Shown: positions 54,828-64,000 of the stretch, one piece after another
Position numbering within the stretch: the first letter of the stretch is position 1
Layout of the letters: each line of letters begins with the position of its first letter
From: Acidimicrobiia bacterium
GTDB taxonomy: Bacteria > Actinomycetota > Acidimicrobiia > IMCC26256 > BP-133
Direction: 5' to 3'
Assembly (NCBI GenBank): GCA_044867425.1
Contig: JBIOUX010000039.1
Span: 15,383 to 79,382, forward strand
Length of the DNA: 64,000 nucleotides
Position numbers and translations under genes: made by a program
Notes under the pieces: model-generated
The model's database searches: none
What the model was told of the DNA's origin: nothing
Seen by the model: only the letters and a program-made list of their open reading frames with translations

Positions 54828-56477
54828 GTGAGCTTCGTGTTGCGCCGCTCCCTGCCGATGCTGGGCACCCTCGCCGGGCTCCTCATGGGCGTGGGCTTCC
54901 TGGCCGTGGCCTCTACCGGCGCCCCGGTGTGGTTCCCGGTGGCCTTCGCCGTGGTCATCCTCCTCGTCCAGTTCGCCATCAACCCGTCGATCATCGAGTG
55001 GCTCGTCCCCGCCGTGATCGTCCGACACGACGGGCAGCGCTACGACCTCGACCACCCCGTGTCGGAGATCGTGGCCCGCCGCTGCCGGGAGGCGGGGATA
55101 CCCCTGGTCAAGCTGGGCATCGTCGACGACGGCACCCCCAACGCCTTCACCTTCGGCCACATGCCCGGCGACGCCCGCATGTGGCTCACCCGGGGGCTCA
55201 TCGAGCGGCTCGACGAGGCCGAGCTCGACGCCGTGGTGGCCCACGAGATCGGCCACATCAAGCACTGGGACTTCGCCGTCATGACGGTGGCCGCCGTCAT
55301 CCCCATGGCCCTCTACCTGCTCTACATCATGACCCGGAACGAGAAGGAGACCCGCCCGGTCGCCCTCGGCGCCTACGTGGCCTACGCCATCTCCCAGTTC
55401 ATCGTCCTGGGACTGTCCCGGGCCCGGGAGTATGCCGCCGACCGCTGGTCGTGCGAGTGCACCGGCAACGGCGACGCCCTCGCCTCCGCCCTGGTCAAGA
55501 TCGCCTACGGGATGGGCCGGGTCTCAGCCGAGCACAAGGAGCAGGCCGCGGCCCTGGTGGCCCAGGGCAAGGCGGGCGCCCAAGCGGCCCGGGAGCTCGA
55601 CGGCCGGGCCCGGCGGGCCCACTCCATGCGGGCCATGGGCATCTTCGAGCCCAAGGCGGCCGAGGCCATGGCCACCGTCTTCGCCTCCGGGATCGACCCG
55701 GAGCGGGCCGTGGCCGCCATGCGCTGGGATGCCGTGAACCCGTGGGCCCCGGTGCTGGAGAAGCTGTCGTCCCACCCGCTGGTGGTGAACCGCATCCGGG
55801 CCCTGGAGGAGTCGGGCCTGCCGGGAGCGCCGGTCCGCTTCGGCGTGCTCCGGGGCATGGCCGGCAACGCTGCCAGCGGCGAGGTGATCGCCGCCCGGGC
55901 CCGGTTCGGCAAGGAGCTCGCCATCGGGCTCGCCCCCTACGCGGTGGTCGTGCCGCTCCTCGGCTTCGGCGCCTTCACCGGCTCCACTCTCTCGGTCGGT
56001 CTGGCCCTCACGGCCGCCGGCGTCCTCTTCCTGGTCAAGCAGCAGCTGCGCTTCCCCGCCGGGCACCAGCCCGTCACCGAGGTGGCCTCGCTCTTGGAGC
56101 GGCTCGACGCCGGCCCCATGGCCGGGATCCCGGTGGAGGTCAAGGGCCAGATCATCGGCCGGGGCTTCCCCGGCTACCGGCTCTCCCCCGACCTCGTCGT
56201 GCAGGACAGCTCCGGCTTCGTGCCCCTGGCCTACCGCCAGCCCGTCCCCTTCCTGGCCGAGCTGTTCGGCCTGTTCCGGGCGGAGAAGTTCATGGGCCAG
56301 GAGGTGACGGCCCGGGGCTGGTACCGCCGGGCCCCCGGTCCCATGATCGAGCTGCAGACGGTCACGGGGGCCAATGGCCTCCGGGCTCGGAGCTGGACGT
56401 ACCTGGCCCGCTACATCGGATCGGTGGCGCTGGTGGCCGCCGGCCTCATGGCCGCCCTGGCCGGCCTCTCCGGCTGA
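54828..56477 (+). CDS. M48-family (HtpX-like) zinc metalloprotease with a long C-terminal membrane extension
   Basis: HEIGHIKHWD (HExxH), PNAFTFG, the downstream E..ADRW motif, and several TM helices. GTG 54828 with AAGGAG upstream, 11 nt after the preceding stop. Confidence 0.88.
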   Translation: MSFVLRRSLPMLGTLAGLLMGVGFLAVASTGAPVWFPVAFAVVILLVQFAINPSIIEWLVPAVIVRHDGQRYDLDHPVSEIVARRCREAGIPLVKLGIVDDGTPNAFTFGHMPGDARMWLTRGLIERLDEAELDAVVAHEIGHIKHWDFAVMTVAAVIPMALYLLYIMTRNEKETRPVALGAYVAYAISQFIVLGLSRAREYAADRWSCECTGNGDALASALVKIAYGMGRVSAEHKEQAAALVAQGKAGAQAARELDGRARRAHSMRAMGIFEPKAAEAMATVFASGIDPERAVAAMRWDAVNPWAPVLEKLSSHPLVVNRIRALEESGLPGAPVRFGVLRGMAGNAASGEVIAARARFGKELAIGLAPYAVVVPLLGFGAFTGSTLSVGLALTAAGVLFLVKQQLRFPAGHQPVTEVASLLERLDAGPMAGIPVEVKGQIIGRGFPGYRLSPDLVVQDSSGFVPLAYRQPVPFLAELFGLFRAEKFMGQEVTARGWYRRAPGPMIELQTVTGANGLRARSWTYLARYIGSVALVAAGLMAALAGLSG

Positions 56478-56495
56478 TCGCCACGCTTCGAGCGT

Positions 56496-56580
56496 GCGGA
56501 AGGGGGGATTTGAACCCCCACGCCCTGACGGGCACTAGCACCTCAAGCTAGCGCGTCTGCCTGATTCCGCCACTTCCGCG
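56496..56580 (-). tRNA. tRNA-Leu (anticodon GAG), type II with long variable arm
   Basis: Minus strand GCGGAAG-TG-GCG-GAATCAGGCAGA-CGC-G-CTAGC-TTGAGGT-GCTAG-TGCCCGTCAGGGCGT-GGGGG-TTCAAAT-CCCCC-CTTCCGC-A. 7-bp acceptor stem, T-loop TTCAAAT, anticodon loop T-T-GAG-G-T. No encoded CCA. Confidence 0.9.
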
Positions 56581-56682
56581 TGTGCCCAGCAAGCCTAGCG
56601 GAGGCACCCCGCCCCGGTCGGTGGGGCGCGACTCGGGCAAAGTGCACATCCCATGTGCTCAATGCCCGTGAGGCCTTCGTGA

Positions 56683-58224
56683 TCAGCCCGCCGGCGTCCA
56701 GTTCTCGGCTCCCCAGAAGGGTCCGAGCGACCAGGAGTTGGCCGCCAGACCCTTGACGTGACGGCCGGCGAGGACGGTCGACGGGCGCCACAGGGGCAGC
56801 AGCACCGCCTCCGATTGCAGGCGGGCCTCCAACATCGGGGCCGCTCCCGGCTCGCCCCGGTCGGCGGCGGCAGCCAGGTCGTCGACGCCGCCCACCCGCG
56901 ACACGTTGCCCCGCTCCCGGGCCGCGCCGGCGAACCAGCACCGCCAGCACGGCTGGGGCCAGGCGACGTCGTCGACGACGGCGAAGTCGAAGCTGCCTTC
57001 GGGCAGCCAGCGCCCGTCGACGATGGGCGCCTCGGCGAACTTCAGCTCCAGGGTGGCGCCCGCGGCCCGCACGCCCGACTCCAGCAGCCGTCCCAGCAGC
57101 GGCACCATCGGTTCCTCCATGGCCGCCACCAGCGTGTCGGTCTCGCCCCGCTCCAGTCCCTCCACCTCCGCCCCCGGCGCGGACGGCCCGCCGCCCTCCG
57201 CCCACGCCGGTGCCGGGCCGGCGGCCGGCCCCGCCACCCCGGCCAGGGTGACGGCCCGGCGGGCCTCCCCGGCCAGGAGCACGTCCACGAAACGGTCCCG
57301 GTCGGGGATGCCCAGGACCCCCCGGCGCCGGGCCGGCGGCACCGTCTCGATGTTGGCCACCAGGGAGACCACCCGCCCCCCGGGGTCGGCCACCGACACG
57401 TCGACGTCCTCCAGGGCGGCGAAGCGCCGGGTCCGGTTGATGGTGGCCGGCGGCCAGGCGACGTCGAGCTCACCGTTGTCCAGCAGCTGTTCCATGGTGC
57501 GCACGTCGGGCACCACCACCACCCGCAGCGACTCGACCCGGGGACCGTCGCCCCACCAGGCGTCGTTGCGCTCCAGCTCCACCTCCAGCCCGGGTGTGAC
57601 CCGGCCGAGGCGGAACGGGCCCCCGGCCAAGTCGGGCCCCTCCCGCCACACGGCGGTGAGGTCCTGGCCGGCGAGCCGGTGGGCGGGCAGGACGAAGTCG
57701 GCTCCCGAGAAGAGGCGCTTCCAGCCCGGGAAAGGGCCGTCGAAGCGGAGCCGCACCGACGGACCTTCGCCGTCCACCGCCACCACCCGGTCGTAATCCA
57801 CCTTGGGCCCGGGCCACGGGCCCGAGCGCACCGTCTCCAGGGTGAAGCGCAGGTCGGCGGCCGAGATGTCGGTCCCATCGCTCCAGCGGGCGCCCGGGCG
57901 CAGGCGGAACGAGGCCGCCACCGCCCCCTGGTCCTGGCCGACGGTGGCATCGTCGGCCAGGTAGCCCCGCACCCTGCCCTCGGGGTCGACCCGGAACAGC
58001 TGGGGGAGGATCTCCCCCAGCAGGGCGGCCGCCGGCGGCGTGCGCGAGCGCCGGTCGAAGGGGTCGAGGGTGGCTGCCTCCTCCGGAACGCCGAGCCTGA
58101 GGCCTCCGGCCGGCGCCGGCGGGGTGGTGGACGGCGCCGGGCGGGCGGAGTCACCGTCGCCCGTGCACGCCCCCACCATCACCAGGACCACGACGGCGAG
58201 GACGCCCGCCGCCCGCCTGGTCAA
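56683..58224 (-). CDS. ABC transporter substrate-binding lipoprotein (family 5, peptide/nickel type), divergent second copy
   Basis: TTG start in a TTGA overlap with the upstream gene. Lipobox LVMVGAC. Size and patterning of SBP_bac_5. Confidence 0.8.
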   Translation of the reverse strand: MTRRAAGVLAVVVLVMVGACTGDGDSARPAPSTTPPAPAGGLRLGVPEEAATLDPFDRRSRTPPAAALLGEILPQLFRVDPEGRVRGYLADDATVGQDQGAVAASFRLRPGARWSDGTDISAADLRFTLETVRSGPWPGPKVDYDRVVAVDGEGPSVRLRFDGPFPGWKRLFSGADFVLPAHRLAGQDLTAVWREGPDLAGGPFRLGRVTPGLEVELERNDAWWGDGPRVESLRVVVVPDVRTMEQLLDNGELDVAWPPATINRTRRFAALEDVDVSVADPGGRVVSLVANIETVPPARRRGVLGIPDRDRFVDVLLAGEARRAVTLAGVAGPAAGPAPAWAEGGGPSAPGAEVEGLERGETDTLVAAMEEPMVPLLGRLLESGVRAAGATLELKFAEAPIVDGRWLPEGSFDFAVVDDVAWPQPCWRCWFAGAARERGNVSRVGGVDDLAAAADRGEPGAAPMLEARLQSEAVLLPLWRPSTVLAGRHVKGLAANSWSLGPFWGAENWTPAG

Positions 58225-59918
58225 TCGCCCGCCATGGCGACCGTGGCGCCGTCGAAGCTCCCGAGCGGGTTGAGGGCGAAAGCCTGCACCCCCTTGGCCA
58301 CCGCCATGCGAACTTCCAACTGGGCCACGGGCACGACCACGAACTGGTCCAGGACCTTCTGTTCGACGTCCCGGTACAGCGCCAGGCGCTTGGAGGCGTC
58401 GGGCTCGGCCCGGGCCGCGGTCAGCGCGTGGTCCACCTCCGGGCTGGCCAGGCCAGTCAGGTTCTCGGGGGACGAGGAGGAGAACAGCGGGGTCAGGAAC
58501 CCCTCGGGGCTCGGGTAGTCGGCCACCCAGCCGAGGCGGAACAGCTCGGCCTGGCCCGAGACCAGGAACGACGGATATTCGGCGAAGGGGTGGGGCCGGA
58601 TCACCGACGGGATCCCCACGGAGTCGAGGTCGGCCTTGATGGAGGCGGCGACCGCCGCCTGGGTGGGGTCGTCGTCGTGGTCGATGGCCACCTCGGGGAT
58701 CCCGCCGCCCGGGAAGGCCTCGGTCAGGATGACCCGGGCCCGGTTGGGGTCGTGCGCGCAGCGGTCGCCGCAGGCGTCGGTGGGCACCCCGGGGACGCCC
58801 GCCGCCACCAGACCGGAGGCGACGTCGACCTCGTTCTTGTAGACCTCGGCCACGATCCGGCGCCGGTCGATGGCCAGCGAGACCGCCTGGCGCAGGCGGA
58901 CGTCGGCCAGGTCCGGGCTCTTCAGGTTCATTCCGTAGAACACGACCCCGAGGTAGGGCCGGGCCTCCAGGCGGCCGCGGTCGGTCAGTTCCTTCCCGGC
59001 GTGGCCGGGAGGAACGGGGCCGACGTCGATGCTGCCCCGGAGGAAGGCCTGGTAGGCGGCTTCCGTGGTGTCGAACCTGACCAGGAGCATGCCGTCGAGG
59101 TTGGCCGCCCGCTGCCCCCCGGCCCGCCCGGCCCGGGCCAGCTCGATGCCCTGGGGCGTCTGCGCCGACACCTTGAACGGACCCGATCCCACCGGGGCCT
59201 GCTTGAAGGCCGGACCCAGCTCGGTGACCCTGGCCTGGGGGACGATCCCGAACCCGGGGTGGCCGAGGGCGGCGGGGAAGGTGGCCACGGGCCGGTCCAG
59301 GCGCACCACCACGAGCTTGAGCTCGGGAGTCTCCACCCCGGCCAGGTTGGGAGCGCTGCCGTCCCGGTAGGCGCCGAACCCGTTGACCGCCTCCAACTGG
59401 GCCAGCAGGGGAGAGTCGGAATCCTTGGCCGCGATGCGCTCCAGGGTGAACTTCACGTCGGCCGCTGTCACCGGCGTGCCGTCATGGAAGGTGGCCGCTT
59501 CGGCCAGCCGGAAGGTGAACACCGTCTGCTCCGGGTTGACGTCCCAGGCGGCGGCCAGGGCGGGACGGGGCTCGAGCGTCTTGGCGTCGTAGGTCACCAG
59601 GGTGTCGAAGACCTGGTCGGCCACCATCATGTCGACGGGCTCCCGGGCGTCGAGGGGGTCCAGGCTGTGGAGGCCGACCACGGCCACCCGCAGGGTCCCG
59701 CCGGGACGGACGGCGGGGCGGTCGTCGTCACCGCCGGCCCGCACGGCCAGGAAGAAGGCCACCATCGCCCCCACGCCCAGAACCACGGCCAGGGCAACGC
59801 CGGTCCACGGGAACCGGCTGATCAGCGACGGCGGGGGCGGCGGCTCGGGGGGTTTGCGCCAGTCGGCCCGGGGCGGGCCGGGGCTGGGTGGGCCCGTCTC
59901 GTGGGTCTGGTCGGTCAT
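58221..59918 (-). CDS. ABC transporter substrate-binding protein (family 5, peptide/nickel type), N-terminally membrane-anchored
   Basis: TM anchor [22 protein letters not shown], then an SBP_bac_5 core ([14 protein letters not shown]......D.......VFDTLV.YD). ATGA overlap with the upstream ATPase gene. Confidence 0.88.
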   Translation of the reverse strand: MTDQTHETGPPSPGPPRADWRKPPEPPPPPSLISRFPWTGVALAVVLGVGAMVAFFLAVRAGGDDDRPAVRPGGTLRVAVVGLHSLDPLDAREPVDMMVADQVFDTLVTYDAKTLEPRPALAAAWDVNPEQTVFTFRLAEAATFHDGTPVTAADVKFTLERIAAKDSDSPLLAQLEAVNGFGAYRDGSAPNLAGVETPELKLVVVRLDRPVATFPAALGHPGFGIVPQARVTELGPAFKQAPVGSGPFKVSAQTPQGIELARAGRAGGQRAANLDGMLLVRFDTTEAAYQAFLRGSIDVGPVPPGHAGKELTDRGRLEARPYLGVVFYGMNLKSPDLADVRLRQAVSLAIDRRRIVAEVYKNEVDVASGLVAAGVPGVPTDACGDRCAHDPNRARVILTEAFPGGGIPEVAIDHDDDPTQAAVAASIKADLDSVGIPSVIRPHPFAEYPSFLVSGQAELFRLGWVADYPSPEGFLTPLFSSSSPENLTGLASPEVDHALTAARAEPDASKRLALYRDVEQKVLDQFVVVPVAQLEVRMAVAKGVQAFALNPLGSFDGATVAMAGD

Positions 59919-61033
59919 GACGGGAGAACGCTCAGCTCCTCGGCGAAGTGGCAGGCCACGGGATGGCCCTGGCCCCGGTCGACGAGCTCGGGCACCTCGG
60001 TGGCGCAGATGTCCTGCGCCTTCCAGCACCGGGTCCGGAACCGGCAGCCGCTGGGGGGGTCGATGGGACTGGGGACGTCACCGGTCAGGACGATACGGCG
60101 CCGGGCCCGCTCCCGGACCGGGTCGGGGACGGGCACGGCCGACATGAGCGCCTGCGTGTAGGGGTGGGAGGGGTGGGAGAAGATGGCCTCCCGGGAGCCG
60201 ATCTCGACGATCCGCCCAAGGTACATGACCCCCACCTGGTCGGAGATGTGCCGGATGACGGACAGATCGTGGGCGATGAACAGGAAGGCCAGGCTCAGGC
60301 GGTCCTGCAGCTCGGAGAGCAGGTTGACCACCCCGGCCTGGATGGAGACGTCGAGGGCGGAGACGGGTTCGTCGAGGACCACCACGTCGGGTTCCAGGGC
60401 CAGGGCGCGGGCGATGCCCACCCGCTGGCGCTGCCCGCCGGAGAACTCGTGCGGGTAGCGATTGGCGTGCTCGGGGTTGAGGCCGACCAGGGACAGGAGG
60501 TCCCGGACCCGGTCGCGGGTGTCGCCCTCCAGCCGGTGGACCTTCAGGGGCTCGGCCACGATGCCCCCCACCGTCATGCGGGGGTCGAGGGAGGCGTAGG
60601 GGTCCTGGAAGACGATCTGCAGCTCCCGGCGTAGCTTGCGCAGCTCGCCGCCGGACATGCCCACCACGTCCTGGCCCTTGTAGGTGATCTCGCCGGCGGT
60701 GGGTTCGTGGAGGCGCAGCAGGCAGCGGCCGGTGGTCGATTTGCCCGACCCCGACTCCCCCACTAGGCCCAGGGTCTGGCGGGGATACAGATCGAAGGAC
60801 ACGTCGCACACGGCGTGGACCTCGCCCACCGTGCGCCGGATGAACTCCCCGGCGTGAACGGGGAAGTGCTTGACCAGGTTGCGGACCGACACCACCGGCG
60901 CCCCCGCCAGCCCGGGCACCACGGGCGCCGGCGCCGCCCCGGTGGTCACGGGACCTGCGCCAGCAGGGACCGGCGGCTGGGGCAGGGGCCCCCGGCCGCA
61001 CACGACCGCCAAGACGGCGCCGCCCGCCGGCAC
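59915..61033 (-). CDS. ABC transporter ATP-binding protein (OppF/DppF-like)
   Basis: Walker [10 protein letters not shown], signature [14 protein letters not shown], Walker [13 protein letters not shown], and a C-terminal oligopeptide-type Cys motif (CRFRTRC). Confidence 0.92.
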   Translation of the reverse strand: MPAGGAVLAVVCGRGPLPQPPVPAGAGPVTTGAAPAPVVPGLAGAPVVSVRNLVKHFPVHAGEFIRRTVGEVHAVCDVSFDLYPRQTLGLVGESGSGKSTTGRCLLRLHEPTAGEITYKGQDVVGMSGGELRKLRRELQIVFQDPYASLDPRMTVGGIVAEPLKVHRLEGDTRDRVRDLLSLVGLNPEHANRYPHEFSGGQRQRVGIARALALEPDVVVLDEPVSALDVSIQAGVVNLLSELQDRLSLAFLFIAHDLSVIRHISDQVGVMYLGRIVEIGSREAIFSHPSHPYTQALMSAVPVPDPVRERARRRIVLTGDVPSPIDPPSGCRFRTRCWKAQDICATEVPELVDRGQGHPVACHFAEELSVLPS

Positions 61034-61079
61034 AACCGCCGCTCGGGACGACGATGAGCCGCCAGGCGAAGAGCCATGG

Positions 61080-62069
61080 TCACGGCGCCGTCACCTCCTC
61101 GAGCGTCTCGGCGAAGTGGCAGGCGGAGCGCTGCCCGGTGCCTTCGATGGGCCGCAACCGCGGGGTGTCCTGCGAGCAGATGGGCTGGGCGAAGCGGCAC
61201 CGCGGGTGGAAGGCGCACGCCGGCGGCGGGTGCACCAGCGACGGCGGGGTGCCGGCGATGGGCACCAGCTGCTCGTCGCCGGCCTCGTCCAGGCGGGGCA
61301 GGGACCCCAGGAGGCCGAGGGTGTAGGGATGGCGGGGATGGCCGAACACGTCGAAGACGCTGCCCGTCTCGGCCACCCGCCCGGCGTACATGACGCTCAC
61401 CCGGTCGGCCATGCCCGCCACCATGCCCAGGTCGTGGGTGATGAGGACGATGGCTGAGTGGGTCGCATCCTGGACCGTTTCCAGCACCTCGAGGATCTGG
61501 GCCTGGACGGTGACGTCGAGGGCGGTGGTGGGCTCGTCGGCGATGAGCACATCGGGGTCGTTGGCGATGGCCATGGCGATCATGGCCCGCTGGCGCATCC
61601 CGCCCGAGTACTCGTGGGGGTACTGGCGGGCCCGCTCCCTGGCGTTGGGGATCCCGACCAGTTCGAGCAGCTCGGCCGCCTTGGCCAGCGCCGCCTCCCG
61701 CTTGGTGCCGGGCCGGTGGGTCTCGACCGCCTCGGCGATCTGGAAGCCGACGGTGAGGACGGGGTTGAGCGACGTCATCGGGTCCTGGAAGATCATGGCG
61801 ATCTTGCCGCCCCGCAGCCCCCGCAGCTCGGCTTCGCTGAGGCCGACGAGCTCCTGGCCCCGGTAGCGGATGGAGCCCGTCACCTTGGCACTGCGGGGCA
61901 GCAGGCCCATGGCGGCCAGCACGCTCACCGACTTGCCCGAGCCCGACTCCCCCACGATGCCGAGGACCTCGCCCTCCTCCACGGAGAAGTCGACGCCCCG
62001 CACCGCCTGCACCACCCCGTCGGGGGTGTTGAACGACACGTGGAGGTCACTGACCTCCAAGACGGTCAC
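61080..62069 (-). CDS. ABC transporter ATP-binding protein (OppD/DppD-like)
   Basis: [33 protein letters not shown], and C-terminal CAFHPRC. GTG 62069 makes a GTGA overlap with the permease stop. Confidence 0.92.
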   Translation of the reverse strand: MTVLEVSDLHVSFNTPDGVVQAVRGVDFSVEEGEVLGIVGESGSGKSVSVLAAMGLLPRSAKVTGSIRYRGQELVGLSEAELRGLRGGKIAMIFQDPMTSLNPVLTVGFQIAEAVETHRPGTKREAALAKAAELLELVGIPNARERARQYPHEYSGGMRQRAMIAMAIANDPDVLIADEPTTALDVTVQAQILEVLETVQDATHSAIVLITHDLGMVAGMADRVSVMYAGRVAETGSVFDVFGHPRHPYTLGLLGSLPRLDEAGDEQLVPIAGTPPSLVHPPPACAFHPRCRFAQPICSQDTPRLRPIEGTGQRSACHFAETLEEVTAP

Positions 62070-63040
62070 GCCCGGACCCGGCTCTGCTGGGGGTCGAAGG
62101 CGTCGCGCAGCCCGTCGCCGATGAAGTTGACGGCCAGGCAGAACAGCAGGAGGAACAAGCCCGGCGGGTAGAACAGCCACCAGCGGGTGTTGGCCGCCTG
62201 CACCCCGGTCTGGATCAGGTTGCCGAGGGACACGTCCGGAGGCTGGATTCCGAACCCCAGGTAGGACAGGGCGGTCTCGGTGAGGATGGCGCCGGCCACC
62301 ACCAGCGTGCCGTTGACGATGATGGGCCCCAGGCAGTTGGGCAGGATGTGCCGGAAGATGATGCGGGCGTTGGAGGCACCCACCGCCCGGGCCGCCTCCA
62401 CGAACTCGCGCTCCCGCAGGGAGAGGGCCACGCCCCGCACCAGGCGGGCGAGGGGCATCCAGGCCAGGCCGGAGATGACGAACACCAGCACCAGCCAGTT
62501 GGCCTGCGACCCCCGGTAGCGGTTGGCCACCACCAGCAGGACGGCCAGGGTGGGCAGGGTGAGGAACAGGTCGGTGAGGCGCATGAGCACGGCGTCCAGC
62601 CAGCCCCGGTAGTACCCGGCCACCGCCCCCACGACGGCCCCCAGGCTGGTGGAGAACAGCGCCACCAGGAAGCCGACCTCGATGGAGCGCTGGGCGCCCC
62701 GCTGAACCTGGGAGAAGACGTCGATGCCGATGGCGTCGGTCCCGAACCAGTGCTCCCCGGACGGCCCCTGGCTGAGGCCGGTGTTATCGGCGGCAGGCTG
62801 GCGGAAGTCGTAGCCGGAGAGTGCCTCCCCCAGGAAGGCCACCACCACCAAAAGCAGGAGGACCGCCAGGCTGGCCACGGCCAGCCGGTGCCGCACGAAC
62901 CGGCCCAGGACCAGGCGCCACTGGCTGCGGACGGCGACGCCGAACTCGACCAGCTCCTCGGACGGCCCGGGGGCGCCGGCCGGCACCACCGGCGGGATCA
63001 TGCCCCCGGGGACGGGCTGGATCGGCCCCGGGTCAGCCAC
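62066..63040 (-). CDS. ABC transporter permease (OppC/DppC-like)
   Basis: Six-TM BPD_transp_1 protein with the EAA-type loop REREFVEAARAVGASNARIIFRHILPN. Confidence 0.9.
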   Translation of the reverse strand: MADPGPIQPVPGGMIPPVVPAGAPGPSEELVEFGVAVRSQWRLVLGRFVRHRLAVASLAVLLLLVVVAFLGEALSGYDFRQPAADNTGLSQGPSGEHWFGTDAIGIDVFSQVQRGAQRSIEVGFLVALFSTSLGAVVGAVAGYYRGWLDAVLMRLTDLFLTLPTLAVLLVVANRYRGSQANWLVLVFVISGLAWMPLARLVRGVALSLREREFVEAARAVGASNARIIFRHILPNCLGPIIVNGTLVVAGAILTETALSYLGFGIQPPDVSLGNLIQTGVQAANTRWWLFYPPGLFLLLFCLAVNFIGDGLRDAFDPQQSRVRA

Positions 63041-64000
63041 GGCGGATCCTCGGGTCCAGGTAGCCGTAGAGGATGTCGGCCAGGAGGTTGAAGGTGACGA
63101 TCATGGTGGCTGACACCAGCAGCCAGGCCTGGACCACGTTGCTGTCCCGGTCAATGAGGCCGCGCAGGAGCAGGCGCCCCATCCCGTTCCAGGCGAAGAC
63201 CGTCTCGGTGATCACCGCCCCCGACATGAGCAGGCCGAAGTCGATGGCCACCAGGGTGACGATGGGGATCAGGGCGTTGCGCAGGGTGTGGCGCAGGATG
63301 ACCTTGGCCGGCGCCAGTCCCTTGGCCCGGGCGGTGCGGACGTAGTCGGCGGAGAGCACGTCGAGCATGGCCGCCCGCTGGTAGCGGCTCCACCCCGCCA
63401 CCTGGATGAGGATGAGGGCCATCACGGGCAGGATCATGTGCCCCAGCCGGTCGCCCCACACGGTGAAGAACCCGCCCACCACGGTGGGGTCCTTCTCCCC
63501 GATGGTGAAGAACAGCCGGAAGCCGAGGGCGTCGTTGATCCGGATCCCCACGTCCTTCAGCACCGCCGCCAGCCAGAACACGGGCATGGAGAAGAAGATG
63601 AAGGCGAAGAGCGTGGAGAGGTAGTCGAACTTCGAGTACTGGCGCAGGGCGGCGGCCACGCCGATGGCGACGCCGAGAAAGACGGCGAAGGTGAGGGCGC
63701 CGCCCAGGAGCCGGAGTGTGACCCCGATGGCCCGCCCCAGCTTGTCCGTCACCGGCTCGTTGTCCTCCGAGGAGCGGCCGAAGTCGCCCGTCAGGGCGCT
63801 GGTGGCCCAGTCCACATAGCGGGTCATGAGGGGCCGGTCGAGGCCCAGCTCATGGCGGCGGGCCTCGATCTGAGCCTCGGTGATCGACGGGTTGGAACGC
63901 AGCTCCCCCAGCGGATCGCCGGACACGGCCACGAGCAGGAAGACGAGGAAGCTGGCCAGGGCGATGAGCGGGACGGAGATGGCCAGCCGGCGCAGGATGA
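63033..64000 (-). CDS. ABC transporter permease (OppB/DppB-like), 5' end beyond the window
   Basis: DYVRTARAKGLAPAKVILRHTLRNALIP EAA loop. The frame stays open to the right edge (..ILRRLAISVPLIALASFLVFLLVAVSGDPLG), so the listed Met at 63932 is internal. Confidence 0.9.
   Translation of the reverse strand, partial: ILRRLAISVPLIALASFLVFLLVAVSGDPLGELRSNPSITEAQIEARRHELGLDRPLMTRYVDWATSALTGDFGRSSEDNEPVTDKLGRAIGVTLRLLGGALTFAVFLGVAIGVAAALRQYSKFDYLSTLFAFIFFSMPVFWLAAVLKDVGIRINDALGFRLFFTIGEKDPTVVGGFFTVWGDRLGHMILPVMALILIQVAGWSRYQRAAMLDVLSADYVRTARAKGLAPAKVILRHTLRNALIPIVTLVAIDFGLLMSGAVITETVFAWNGMGRLLLRGLIDRDSNVVQAWLLVSATMIVTFNLLADILYGYLDPRIRRG

Noticed and set aside
56496-56580. tRNA-Leu as an integration site flanking a genomic island.
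   Set aside because: There is no integrase next to it. I noticed no duplicated copy of the tRNA 3' end elsewhere in the window, and the flanking genes (M48 protease, ABC transporter) show the same composition as the rest.

Overview
Very GC-rich window (codon third positions are almost all G/C). It is densely coding and looks chromosomal. WhiB-like, mycothiol-type DinB/MDMPI and leaderless-looking genes suggest an actinobacterium, possibly Acidimicrobiia-like (inference). I support about 70 CDS, one tRNA-Leu(GAG), one frameshifted gene (azlC) and a few small repeats. I found no CRISPR array, transposase, integrase or phage genes. Main content: (1) a family-1 encapsulin with an encapsulated-ferritin cargo gene (20.9-22.1 kb); (2) a cobalt-type nitrile hydratase operon (30.8-35.0 kb) with an XRE-cupin regulator, a CoA-disulfide-reductase-like flavoprotein, a DsrE-like protein and OsmC; (3) carbamate kinase overlapping a GT4 glycosyltransferase (36.1-38.3 kb); (4) a red-type RuBisCO operon cbbL-cbbS-cbbX (39.4-42.3 kb); (5) a divergent locus (43.0-49.7 kb) where Nit1C/MSMEG_0565-0572-type genes (radical SAM, GNAT, AIR-synthase-like) are interleaved with FdrA, DUF1116 and DUF2877, the oxamate-carbamoyltransferase-type set; (6) class I aldolase, phosphosulfolactate synthase and a second flavoprotein paralog (49.8-53.0 kb); (7) an Opp/Dpp-type ABC transporter operon running off the right edge. 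The best candidate for an undescribed system is the dispersed hybrid of Nit1C-type and carbamoyl-transfer genes. It has no nitrilase in the window but has a nitrile hydratase nearby, RuBisCO sits in the middle, and its transcription units share a (C)TA(C)TATCGT upstream motif. All family assignments come from reading the translations and need HMM or BLAST confirmation.
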